Source: Mobula hypostoma (taxonomy: Eukaryota). Taken from it: a stretch of DNA of 64,000 nt. Under the pieces are notes generated by a model. That model ran no database searches. It was not told where the DNA came from and saw only the letters and a program-made list of their open reading frames with translations. The stretch lies in NCBI RefSeq assembly GCF_963921235.1, contig NC_086108.1:16058001-16122000 (forward strand), written 5' to 3'. Below are positions 12,431-24,654 of the stretch, in pieces (position 1 is the first letter of the stretch; each line of letters starts with the position of its first letter). A program made the translations under genes and the position numbers.

Positions 12431-13020
12431 TCATTACTCTCTAACCAAAATGTCCAGGACAAGTACAGCACAAATAATTTCCAGAGTAAAGCTTTCCATA
12501 AACTGTCTCAAAAAACACTCCCACAGCCATGTTAGAAATGCCCATTCTCAGCAAACCTCAAAGCTGATAAAGGCTGGGTCACCATGGCACTAAGCTTCCT
12601 CCTTTCCCGATCAAGCATTCCCTGTCAGAAGTACGAAGTAAAACATTCTACACTTTCTGAGTTCCAACCAATACCTTCAACATGGATATAAAGCTTCTAC
12701 AAAATGAAACTTTCGTATTAGACATTAACAGAGCAAGTACAGCACTTGTTAGGGTCAAAACAAGCCCCCTTCCCCACTCTTCCATCAATATTCTTAGACT
12801 AACTATACCATTTATAATGACAGAGTAAAGGAATGACTATCCCGTTCCATTAATCATTCTCTCAGCAGAACTGCATGCATTAATCTTGAAAGTTATCTTG
12901 ACTCCCTCCCTGTGACAATAGACAATTATTTTGGAAGGAAATCCCTTTGTAGAGTAACTAAAGCTTAACTTGGAGAAATACTTTGATCCTTTCTCCAGTA
13001 GCACTTCACCCATTACTTAC

Positions 13021-13154
13021 CTCCTGGGAGTGCAGGGATAATTTCATAAAAATTAAATTCAAGAGAGGGCTTCAGATAATCTGGTGGAACATACTCCCTT
13101 CTCCAATGACCTATGGGTTGGCCCAATATTGTTAGGGCATTCAGGAAACAGAAT
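13021..13154 (-). CDS. RGSL1: RGSL1-like coding exon F (134 nt; last exon found)
   Basis: Acceptor ctttctctttccatgtctttcacacag, donor gtaagt. Encodes (R)FCFLNALTILGQPIGHWRREYVPPDYLKPSLEFNFYEIIPALPG and completes the FWKRFCF motif across the junction. Confidence 0.85.
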
Positions 13155-14077
13155 CTGTGTGAAAGACATGGAAAGAGAAAGATCTCATTGTGATTGGAAT
13201 CTGATACTTTTTAAAAGGACCACCCATTCTCTTTTATAATAAAAACCAAAAGTATTGGTAACACTGCAGGTTACTTCAAGCATCTTCAGGTCATTGACCT
13301 GAACCAGTAACTATCACCACACATGTTGTCTGATGAGCACTTCCACAACTTCCAATTTTTGATTCAGATTTCCAGCTTCAACAGTTCTTTTATTTAAAAG
13401 TTTCAACTTCGATTTTCATTATTATGTGATCTCCCACTAAACAAAACACTGATCATCAGCAACCTTATTCTGAGTCAGGGCACAGTACAGTCCCACTCGA
13501 GACCAGCACGTAATACAAGCTGATCATTCAGTGTAAGATTCAACACATTTTGTTACATGGAGGGCCAGTGCTGACAGAGTGCTGCATTACTAGTCGCAAA
13601 ACTGAGGGAGTACAAAACTTGTCACACTGTGGCAGGGATGGTACTTAGAGAATGTCACACTGTGAGAGGAGAGGTACTGCACTTTGGGAAGGGACAGCAC
13701 TGTGGGAGGCTCAGAACTGAGGGAGTGTCACACACTAGAAGGGGCTGCACTGGGGGAGTGTCAGGGTGACTAACCTTCAAAAAGTGCTGATTGGGTTGTA
13801 AAGGAATGTCACCATGTGTACCATCCCAGTGCCTTACACCGATGGATTACAGACAGCTTTGCTTAGCCACTCGTCAGAAATGTGTTCGTTCAACCCTACC
13901 CTTCCCCAGCTTTATTCTCCACACTCATTAAAACCATCAGTAAAAAATCATTCTTTTCTCAAAAGAGATATAACTTAAGTTAAAGTACTACTGAGTTATC
14001 TGGAAGATTCTGACAAACCACATGGAAGTCTCATACAAATGGTGGAAGCAGTACACATGATTCCCAACTACACAACC

Positions 14078-17000
14078 ATCTGCTTCATCAGCTTCTCCCT
14101 GACCCCACACCTGCTTCATCAGCTTCTCCCTGACCCCACACCTGCTTCATCAGCTTCTCCCTGACCACACCCGCTTCATCAGCTTCTCCCTGACCACACC
14201 TGCTTCATCAGCTTCTCCCTGACCTCACACCTGCTTCATCAGCTTCTCCCTGACCACACCAGCTTCATCAGCTTCTCCCTCACCCCACACCTGCTTCATC
14301 AGCTTCTCCCTGACCCCACACCTGCCTCATCAGCTTCTCCCTGTCCCCATACCTGCTTCATCAGCTTCTCCCTGACCACACCTGCTTCATCAGCTTCTCC
14401 CTGACCTCACACCTGCTTCATCAGCTTCTCCCTGACCCCACACCTGCTTCATCAGCTTCTCCCTGACCCCACACCTGCTTCATCAGCTTCTCCCTGTCCC
14501 CATACCTGCTTCATCAGCTTCTCCGTCACCCCACACCTGCTTCATCAGCTTCTCCCTGACCACACACCTGCTTCATCAGCTTCTCCCTGACCACACCCGC
14601 TTCATCAGCTTCTCCCTGACCACACCTGCTTCATCAGCTTCTCCCTGACCACACCTGCTTCATCAGCTTCTCCCTGACCACACCCGCTTCATCAGCTTCT
14701 CCCTGACCTCACACCTGCTTCATCAGCTTCCTCCTGACCTCACACCTGCTTCATCAGCTTCTCCCTGACCCCACATCTGCTTCATCAGCTTCTCCCTGAC
14801 ACCACACCTGCTTCATCAGCTTCTCCCTGACCACACCTGCTTCATCAGCTTCTCCCTGACCCCACACCCGCTTCATCAGCTTCTCCCTGACCACACCTGC
14901 TTCATCAGCTTCTCCCTGATCCCACACCTGCTTCATCAGCTTCTCCCTGATCCCACACCTGCTTCATCAGCTTCTTCCTGACCCCACACCTGCTTCATCA
15001 GCTTCTCCCTGACCTCACACCTGCTTCATCAGCTTCTCCCTGACCCCACACCTGCTTCATCAGCTTCTCCCTGACCCCACACCTGCTTCATCAGCTTCTC
15101 CCTGTCCCCATACCTGCTTCATCAGCTTCTCCCTGACCCCACACCTGCTTCATCAGCTTCTCCCTGACCACACACCTGCTTCATCAGCTTCTCCCTGACC
15201 ACACCTGCTTCATCAGCTTCTCCCTGACCCCACACCTGCTTCATCAGCTTCTCCCTGACCACACATCTGCTTCATCAGCTTCTCCCTGACCACACCTGCT
15301 TCATCAGCTTCTCCCTGACCACACACCTGCTTCATCAGCTTCTCCCTGACCACACACCTGCTTCATCAGCTTTTCCCTGACCCCACCAGCTTCATCAGCT
15401 TCTCCCTGACCCCACACCTGCTTCATCAGCTTCTCCCTGACCCCACCAGCTTCATCAGCTTCTCCCTGACCCCACACTTGCTTCATCAGCTTCTCCCTGA
15501 CCCCACACCTGCTTCATCAGCTTCTCCCTGACCCCACACCTGCTTCAACAGCTTCTCCCTGACCACACACCTGCTTCATCAGCTTCTCCCTGTCCCCATA
15601 CCTGCTTCATCAGCTTCTCCCTGACCCCACACCCGCTTCATCAGCTTCTCCCTGACCCCACACCTGCTTCATCAGCTTCTCCCTGACCACACCTGCTTCA
15701 TCAGCTTCTCCCTGACCACACCTGCTTCATCAGCTTCTCCCTGACCCCACACCTGCTTCATCAGCTTCTCCCTGACCACACCTGCTTCATCAGCTTCTCC
15801 CTGACCACACCTGCTTCATCAGCTTCTCCCTGACCCCACACCTGCTTCATCAGCTTCTCCCTGACCCCACACCTGCTTCATCAGCTTCTCCCTGACCCCA
15901 CACCTGCTTCATCAGCTTCTCCCTGACCACACCTGCTTCATCAGCTTCTCCCTGACCCCACACCCGCTTCATCAGCTTCTCCCTGACCCCACACCTGCTT
16001 CATCAGCTTTTCCCTGACCCCACCAGCTTCATCAGCTTCTCCCTGACCCCACACCTGCTTCATCAGCTTCTCCCTGACCCCACCAGCTTCATCAGCTTCT
16101 CCCTGACCCCACACCTGCTTCAACAGCTTCTCCCTGACCACACACCTGCTTCATCAGCTTCTCCGACCTCACACCTGCTTCATCAGCTTCTCCGTGACTC
16201 CACACCTGCTTCATCAGCTTCTCCCTGACCCCACACCTGCTTCATCAGCTTCTCCCTGACCCCACACCTGCTTCATCAGCTTCTCCCTGTCCCCATACCT
16301 GCTTCATCAGCTTCTCCCTGACCTCACACCTGCTTCATCAGCTTCTCCCTGTCCCCATACCTGCTTCATCAGCTTCTCCCTGACCTCACACCTGCTTCAT
16401 CAGCTTCTCCCTGTCCCCATACCTGCTTCATCAGCTTCTCCCTGACCCCACACCTGCTTCATCAGCTTCTCCCTGACCTCACACCTGCTTCATCAGCTTC
16501 TCCCTGACCACACACCTGCTTCATCAGCTTTTCCCTGACCCCACCAGCTTCATCAGCTTCTCCCTGACCCCACACCTGCTTCATCAGCTTCTCCCTGACC
16601 CCACCAGCTTCATCAGCTTCTCCCTGACCCCACACTTGCTTCATCAGCTTCTCCCTGACCCCACACCTGCTTCATCAGCTTCTCCCTGACCCCACACCTG
16701 CTTCAACAGCTTCTCCCTGACCACACACCTGCTTCATCAGCTTCTCCCTGTCCCCATACCTGCTTCATCAGCTTCTCCCTGACCCCACACCCGCTTCATC
16801 AGCTTCTCCCTGACCCCACACCTGCTTCATCAGCTTCTCCCTGACCACACCTGCTTCATCAGCTTCTCCCTGACCACACCTGCTTCATCAGCTTCTCCCT
16901 GACCCCACACCTGCTTCATCAGCTTCTCCCTGACCACACCTGCTTCATCAGCTTCTCCCTGACCACACCTGCTTCATCAGCTTCTCCCTGACCCCACACC

Positions 17001-18372
17001 TGCTTCATCAGCTTCTCCCTGACCCCACACCTGCTTCATCAGCTTCTCCCTGACCCCACACCTGCTTCATCAGCTTCTCCCTGACCACACCTGCTTCATC
17101 AGCTTCTCCCTGACCCCACACCCGCTTCATCAGCTTCTCCCTGACCCCACACCTGCTTCATCAGCTTTTCCCTGACCCCACCAGCTTCATCAGCTTCTCC
17201 CTGACCCCACACCTGCTTCATCAGCTTCTCCCTGACCCCACCAGCTTCATCAGCTTCTCCCTGACCCCACACCTGCTTCAACAGCTTCTCCCTGACCACA
17301 CACCTGCTTCATCAGCTTCTCCGACCTCACACCTGCTTCATCAGCTTCTCCGTGACTCCACACCTGCTTCATCAGCTTCTCCCTGACCCCACACCTGCTT
17401 CATCAGCTTCTCCCTGACCCCACACCTGCTTCATCAGCTTCTCCCTGACCCCACACCTGCTTCATCAGCTTCTCCCTGACCTCACACCTGCTTCATCAGC
17501 TTCTCCCTGACCCCACACCTGCTTCATCAGCTTCTCCCTGACCCCACACCTGCTTCATCAGCTTCGCTTCTCCGTGACTCCACACCTGCTTCATCAGCTT
17601 CTCCCTGACCCCACACCTGCTTCATCAGCTTCTCCCTGACCCCACACCTGCTTCATCAGCTTCTCCCTGTCCCCATACCTGCTTCATCAGCTTCTCCCTG
17701 ACCTCACACCTGCTTCATCAGCTTCTCCCTGTCCCCATACCTGCTTCATCAGCTTCTCCCTGACCTCACACCTGCTTCATCAGCTTCTCCCTGTCCCCAT
17801 ACCTGCTTCATCAGCTTCTCCCTGACCCCACACCTGCTTCATCAGCTTCTCCCTGACCTCACACCTGCTTCATCAGCTTCTCCCTGACCCCACACCTGCT
17901 TCATCAGCTTCTCCCTGACCTCACACCTGCTTCATCAGCTTCTCCCTGACCTCACACCTGCTTCATCAGCTTCTCCCTGACCCCACACCTGCTTCATCAG
18001 CTTCTCCCTGACCTCACACCTGCTTCATCAGCTTCTCCCTGACCACACCTGCTTCATCAGCTTCTCCCTGACCTCACACCTGCTTCATCAGCTTCTCCCT
18101 GACCTCACACCTGCTTCATCAGCTTCTCCCTGACCCCACACCTGCTTCATCAGCTTCTCCGTGACCCCACACCTGCTTCATCAGCTTCTCCCTGACCTCA
18201 CACCCGCTTCATCAGCTTCTCCCCGACCACACCCGCTTCATCAGGTTCTCCCTGACCTCACACCTGCTTCATCAGCTTCTCCCCGACCACACACCTGCTT
18301 CATCAGCTTCTCCTTGACCCCAGTAGCTTCATCAGCTTCTCCCTGACCACACACCTGCTTCATCAGCTTCTG
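14078..18372. repeat. Minisatellite, 29/31-bp unit, ~140 copies
   Basis: Unit ACCTGCTTCATCAGCTTCTCCCTGACCCCAC with small variants. Confidence 0.98.
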
Positions 18373-18469
18373 TGGCAATCTGTGGGGACCCACAGCCTCA
18401 TCAGCCTCGGAACCCATAAATCTAGAGTGGAAGCAAGGCACCCTCACCCCCAAGAGACTGCCCAAGGAG

Positions 18470-19125
18470 AAGTAATGGTCATGGTGGCATCCTTTAGTCT
18501 CGTGAGACCATGGATCTGGCCTGGAACGTCTTGCTTCAGTCTGTGCTGGTGGAGCAGCGTCTGTTGTGGCTGTAGAGGCCCACATGGGAGTGACAGTCTC
18601 GGCTGCAGCGACTGCACTTGAAGGCGCTGTCCTCCAGTGTTGTCTTGGTGCTGTTTTTCCGACGAGTGCAGTTTTCTTCAGCAACAAGCCTCAGCTTCTC
18701 TTCTCTTTTTAGACCTCTATGTAGTTCCAGCCTCCAGCGAGAGTGATCACTTGCGATGTCCTCCCACCTCTCGATATTCATGTTCAGTGACTTCATGTCT
18801 CTCTTGCAGACATCTTTGAAATGAAGATGGGGCCACCCTTGTGCTCTCTTGCCATGTATAGACTGTCTGTGGACAGATCCAGCCAGCGGAGACAGTGTTG
18901 TTGGAGTAGGGTGAAGAGGCTGGTTATCTGCGTGTGGGCCAGGACCTCATTGTTGGTGACTCGGTCAATTCACTTGATGTCCAGGATGTGTCTCAGACTG
19001 CGAAGGTGGAAGGCGTTGAGACGCTGCTCTTGTCTGGAGTAGAGGCTCCAGATCTCGCTGCCGTAAAGCAGTGCGCTGAGGACGCAGGCCCTGTAGACTG
19101 CAACCTTGGTGTGCGTCGTCAGCCG
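18470..19125 (-). mobile_element. RTE LINE, 3' fragment
   Basis: C-terminal FKCSRCSRDCHSHVGLYSHNRRC zinc finger, upstream thumb-region remnants and a short 3' UTR. Confidence 0.85.
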
Positions 19126-19314
19126 TATGGAAACCTGACATCAGCACTACCAAGATTCTGGTGTGACACCTCGTACAGTGACAGGTGGACTGGGGATCGT
19201 ATAGGAAATGAACGGAAATGGCAGATGTCTGAACAACGGAAGCAGAGCTCCCAGCTTTGTCCATTCCTCCCTTTTTGAGATCTGGATGACACTACATAGT
19301 CAACATATATGAAT

Positions 19315-19555
19315 TATTGTGACCCCAGCCATTATCAATACTCTTCAGAGATTGTCTTCCTGACATCAATAATTGCGATATACTAAGACTTGTGATATAC
19401 ACCAGCTGCTCATATAACCATCCACCACCCGCTCTCATGGCTCGCCTGACCCTGATTGGGGGGGCTAAGGGAATGCTACACATTGTCGAACGGTGACCTG
19501 CAGATTAGTGGAAGGAAAGAGTCCCTTTGGTAGAGACTTAACTCCACCCCACTAC
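19315..19555 (-). mobile_element. RTE-related non-autonomous/SINE-like fragment
   Basis: Non-coding block resembling a recalled elasmobranch RTE-associated repeat (cagggtcag...gagccatgagagcgggtggtggatgg). Confidence 0.4.
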
Positions 19556-19564
19556 CTGGGAGGG

Positions 19565-20224
19565 GGAAGAAGATGGCGGGGTGACAGCAGCGCGCGTGGC
19601 CACTTTGGTGATGAATATCTATTATCTGTCAAGTAGGGGACCGTGCACAATTCTGATTTGATGGAGACAGACATGAGAGCACAGCGAAACATCTGGAAAA
19701 CTTCTGAAATGCCCATTTCACTGCCACTGCTACTGTGTGGTAACCGGAATCTCCGGAGCTGAAGGCCCCAAAATCCTCGGCTTTGTGTGTTTCAGCGGCC
19801 GGGGAGAGGTCGAAGGCGCTCGGGAGGCTGGTCAGAAGCTCGATGTTTTCGGATGGATGGACTCGGTGTCGGCTGTGGTCGGCTGCTTCCAAGGTATCGG
19901 CAAGTTGACGGTGCCTGGAGGTTTATGGCAGGGAGTTCCTCCCTTTTGCCGCCTGCTATCGGGGACTTGGGAGTCGATCGACTTGGGACTTTGAGATTTT
20001 TTTTTTTTTACTGTGCCCATGGTCTGTTCTTTATCAAATTATGGTATTGCTTTGCACTGCTGTAACTGTATGTTATAATTATGTGGTTCTGTCAGTGTTA
20101 GTCTTTGGTCTGTCCTGTTCTCTGTGATACCACTCCGGAGAAACATTGTATCATTTCTTAATGCATGTATGCATTTCTAAATGACAATAAAAGAGGACTG
20201 AGTGTTCTCATAATCTAAAAAAAA
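19565..20224 (+). mobile_element. Non-autonomous retroposon with a Rex1-like 3' end
   Basis: Starts GAAGATGGCGG; CpG-rich body; 3' end aaatgacaataaa followed by an A-rich tail. Confidence 0.5.
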
Positions 20225-20760
20225 GTACTGCAGTATTTGTGATATTTACAACATAGAAGGCCATTCATCCCACAGAGCTCATATCAACCAAAGGTGGACA
20301 AAATTAATCCCACCTTCTAGCTCTTAGTCTCTAGTGTTGAAGGTCACAGCCCTGCAATTACTTATTTGGGTACTATTTACACCTGGGGAAAGCCTCCACT
20401 TCCACTACTCTTCCAGGCAGAATTCCAGCACTATTCCACCACTCGTGAGTGAAATTATACATTCTCATCTCTCCTCAGCCCTATAAATTAAACCTTTGGC
20501 ACTTGAACCCTCTGCTATAGGAAAAAATCATATTATTTATCATATCTTGGCCTCTCTCAGTTTTATACACTTCAACCTAATCTCTTATCAGTCACTCTGT
20601 CTAGACAGCCTTTCCTCTTAATGATAATTCTCTAGTGCTGCCATTCTCATAAGTATCTTCTGCACCCATTCCACTCCAGTGTTGTCGCATTCTTCTGCAT
20701 ACTGGTGTTGACTCGAAATGTACAACACAGAGCAGTGACCTGCAGCAGAAGACATTAAAC

Positions 20761-20847
20761 CAGGGATTCACAACCTGGGGACCACATACCCCTTACTTAA
20801 GACTATTGGTCCATGGTCCATGGCACAAAAAGGGTTGTGAACCATTG
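20761..20847. mobile_element. Mini hAT MITE (87 bp)
   Basis: CAGGGATTCACAACC ... GGTTGTGAACCATTG; 8-bp TSD CATTAAAC. Confidence 0.8.
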
Positions 20848-21053
20848 CATTAAACAGATGTTGGCCAGCAACAAACCACCAGCCCAACACTGAACTCCAT
20901 CAAATTCAGGGCAGCAGCATGCTATTTACTTCTGGGCCCACAGACCCCACTACTACACTGCTGGCTATTCAGGTCAGGTGCCAATTATCCTGAGACTTAG
21001 AAGGCATCAGTCTGACTAGGCAGAATGATGCCCTGTGCAACCTGGAGACTGAC

Positions 21054-21178
21054 CTTTTCCAGAAGTGTAAGAGAGGGAAGATCACAGCCATGCGTGCACT
21101 GTGAAACAAGTACGGTTCCAGTACTCCGTGCCGTGTTGCCATAAGGATCCGGTCTTTCTCATACTCCGAAATATTCAC
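21054..21178 (-). CDS. RGSL1: RGSL1-like coding exon E (125 nt)
   Basis: Acceptor ctcacttctcccctggacag, donor gtcagt. Encodes VNISEYEKDRILMATRHGVLEPYLFHSARMAVIFPLLHFWK(R); compare recalled RGSL1 VNVPEFQKDAIL...YFWKR. Confidence 0.88.
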
Positions 21179-21327
21179 CTGTCCAGGGGGAGAAGTGAGA
21201 ATGAGTGTGTCAGAGAATTAGACTTCTGCTGCTTTCTACTACAAGGGGTTCCCGTTAATCATGAGTTTCAGGTCCCATTCCTGTCACCTCACTGAGACTG
21301 AAGTGTTTCTTCAGATGAGTCATTATA

Positions 21328-21822
21328 TTCAGAATCAGAATCAGGTTTATTATCACCGGCAGATGACCTGAAATTTGTTAACTTAGCGGCAGCAGTTCAA
21401 AGCAATACATAATATAGCAGAGAAAAATAATAATAATAATAATAAATAAGCAAGTAAATCAATTATATATATCGAATAGATTAAAAAATGAGCAAAAACA
21501 GAAATACTGTATATCAAAAAAAAAGTGAGGTAGTGTCCAAAGATTCAATGTCCATTTAGGAATCAGATGGCAGAGGAGAAGAAGCTTTTCCTGAATCACT
21601 GAGTGTGTGCCTTCAGGCTTCTGTAGCTCCTACCTGATGGTAACAGTGAGAAAAGGGCATGTCCTGGGTGCTGGAGGACCTTAATAATGGACATTGCCTT
21701 TCTTAGACACCGCTCCCCAAAGATGTCCTGGATACTTTGTAGGCTAATACCCAAGATGGAGCTGACTAGATTTACAACTCTCTGCAGCTTCTTTTGGTCC
21801 TGTGCAGTAGCCCCTCCATACC
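21328..21822 (-). mobile_element. Rex1/Babar LINE, 3' fragment
   Basis: (AGAATC)n tail on the + strand; LLPSGRSYRSL-type C-terminus on the minus strand. Confidence 0.75.
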
Positions 21823-22981
21823 ATTAAAGCTCTATCTGCAATATGTCACGGATGTAGGCCATTTGGCTCATCACTTTCATGCTAGCTCTGGGAAAACAAT
21901 CCCATTAGCCAATTTCCATCTCTGTCCATTTCTTAATCTCTCCGATGCATTTCCATTAACTCTCCTTTGATTTTTCTTTGCTTACACCAATGGCCAATTC
22001 ATTTTCTTGTCCTGGGATATGGGAGGAGACCAGAGCATCTAATGTAAGAACATGCACATGCAGTCAAGGGAGCGTAAGCAACCTCTAGACAATTAGCAAC
22101 CAATGTCACGACTATTCCCGGGTCCCTAGGGTTGTGAGACCATAGCACTGCCTGCTGTGCCACCATACCATCATAGCATGATTTCTAAAAGGAATATGGG
22201 AGTTTTCCCAGGACGCTGGCCCAAGTATTTATCATTCAACCAATGCCATCGAATAATGCTGACATTTATGTTATTGGGGTCTGTGGGATCTTGTACACAA
22301 TTTGGTGACGCATTTACTGTATTGCAAGTGTGACATTTCTAGAAGCACATTGTGAAGCATTTTGGGATGTCTGGAATTCAGGAAGAATGTTACAAGACAC
22401 TCTAAACAATAATGTGTTTAGTGAGATTATAGGAACAGACTCATATATTTTTTGCATTTAGAGAGAAAAACAGCAATGGGGAATGATGATATAAAGTGGG
22501 TGCTCTTGTACACCAGCCACAAAACAAACATACAGATGAACACGAAGTTTGCTGACCTTTATTGCAAAAGGTTTCGATTTCAAGGATACTTTCCTACAAA
22601 TACCTAGGGCCTCGGTAAGACTATGCCTTGAATATTGTGTGCATTTTTCGTCCATTGACTTAAAAAAGTCATGAGAGGGCAGGAAAGGTTCATCAGATTG
22701 ATTCTGGGAATGCTGGGACTGTTCAATAGGAGAGATTAGACTGTCTATTAGAGTTTAGAAGACTGAAAGGAAATCACTAAGGCATTTTGAACGGAGGTTA
22801 TATCCCTTTTAGAATCAGGAATCACAATCTCAGGATACAGGGTGAGTTTAGGAGCAATTTCTTCACCCAGGATGGTGAAGCTGCTGCTGTATTGTCTACC
22901 AGATAGCTTCTTTGTTCTGCATTAATTGAATAAGTGTTTTCTCACTGGTTAATTTTTATATGTAGATTAGAATGGAAATCT

Positions 22982-24100
22982 AGACCATAAGAATTAGAAC
23001 ATTTGGCCCATCAAGTCTGTTGTGCCATTTCATTATGGCTGATCCAATTTTCCTCTCAGCCCCAATCTTCTACCTTCTCCCTGTATCCCTTCATGCCCTG
23101 ACCAATCAAGAACCCATCAACTTCTGCCTTAAATATACATAAAGACTTGGCCTCCACAGCTACCCATGGCAAACAATTCCACAGATTCACCATTCAATGG
23201 CTAATCTAGTCTTAGACTCACCCACCAGAGGAAACATCTTCTCCATGTCCACTCTATCAAGGCCTTTCACCATTCAATGGGTTTCAATTAGGTCGCCCCT
23301 CATTCTTCTGAGATCTAGTGAATACAGGCCCAGAGCCATCAAACGTTCTTCATATGACAAGCTGTTTAATCCTGGTATCATTTTTGTGAACCTCCTCTGA
23401 ATTCTCTCCAGTTTCAGCACATCTTTTCAAAGATAAGAGGCCTAAAACTGCTCACAATACTCCAAGTGAGGCCTCACCAGTGCTTTGAACATTACACCTT
23501 TGCTTTTATATTCTAGTCCTCTTGAAATGAATGCTACCATTGCATTTGCTTTCCTCATCACAGACTCAACCTGCAAATTAGGGCACAAGGACTCCCAAGT
23601 CCTTTGCACTTCAGATTTTTGTATTTTCTTTCCACTTAGAAAATAAGTCAACCCTTTTATTTCTTCTACCAAAGTCCATGACCATACACTTTCCAGACAC
23701 TGTATTCCATCTGCCGTATCCTTTCCTACTCTCCTAATTGTCTAAGTCCTTCTGCAACCTTCCTGTTTCCTCAATACTACCTGCCCCTCCACCTATCTTC
23801 GTATCATCTGCAAACTTTGCAACAAAGCCTTCAATTCCATCATCCAAATCATTGACATGTTACGTAAAATGAATCAATCCCAACACAGACCCCTATGGAA
23901 CACCACTAGTCACCGGCAGCCAACCAGAAGAGGCTCCCTTTATTCTCAATCTTTGCCTCTGCCAATCAGCTTTATCCATACTGGAATCTTTCCGTAATAC
24001 CATGGGCTCACAGCTTGTTAAGCAGTCTCATGTGTGGCACCCCGTCCAAGGCCTCTGAAAATGCAAGTGCACAATATCAACCTTTGTCTATCCTGCTTTT
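22982..24100 (-). mobile_element. Older CR1 LINE fragment
   Basis: KANAMVAFISRGLEYKSK, ALVRPHLEYC; decayed. Confidence 0.8.
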
Positions 24101-24654
24101 TCCTTTTTCTCTGGGTATAAAATAGTTAAACACAAGGCGCATCAGCTTAATTTTCTTAGTCTCTTGTCTGGAAGCCTTCTGCTAGTAGCTTCTACTCCTG
24201 TTTCCTTTGTTCTATCAACTCTTAATAAGACAACAAGAAGCAACAAGTTTTGTATTTCATTCCTGTCTTCTAAAAGAACCTTGGATTTAAACATCAGAAT
24301 CCATCAATTCCCTAAAGGTTAATTATACAGGTTGAGTCGGTGGTAAAGAAGACAAATATAATGTTAGCATTCATTTTGAGAGAGCTAGAATATAAAAACA
24401 AAAAAATCATGCTGAGGCCTTATAAAATATTGAACAGTCCGCCTCTGGAGTATTGACAGCTGTCTTGGCCCCTTATCATAGAAAAGATGTGCTGGCATGG
24501 GAGAGGGTCCAGAGGAGGTTCATGAGAATAATCCGGGAAACGAAAGGGTGAATGTATGAGAAACGTTTGATAGTTCTGGGCCCGTACAGAGTTGTTAGGG
24601 ATAATAACTCAGCCATGATGGAATGGCAGAGCAGATTTGATGGGCCAAAGTGAA

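Noticed and set aside
12530..12585. Possible terminal RGSL1 exon (in-phase ALRFAENGHF*)
   Set aside because: Weak acceptor and only three residues of similarity; not supportable without RNA data.
14078..18372. Hammerhead array (CUGAUGA in every unit on the minus strand), and the MKQVWGQGEADEAG ORFs as a repeat protein
   Set aside because: No stem II or properly placed GAAA/UH. The 29/31-bp units shift frame constantly, so the ORFs are by-products of the repeat.
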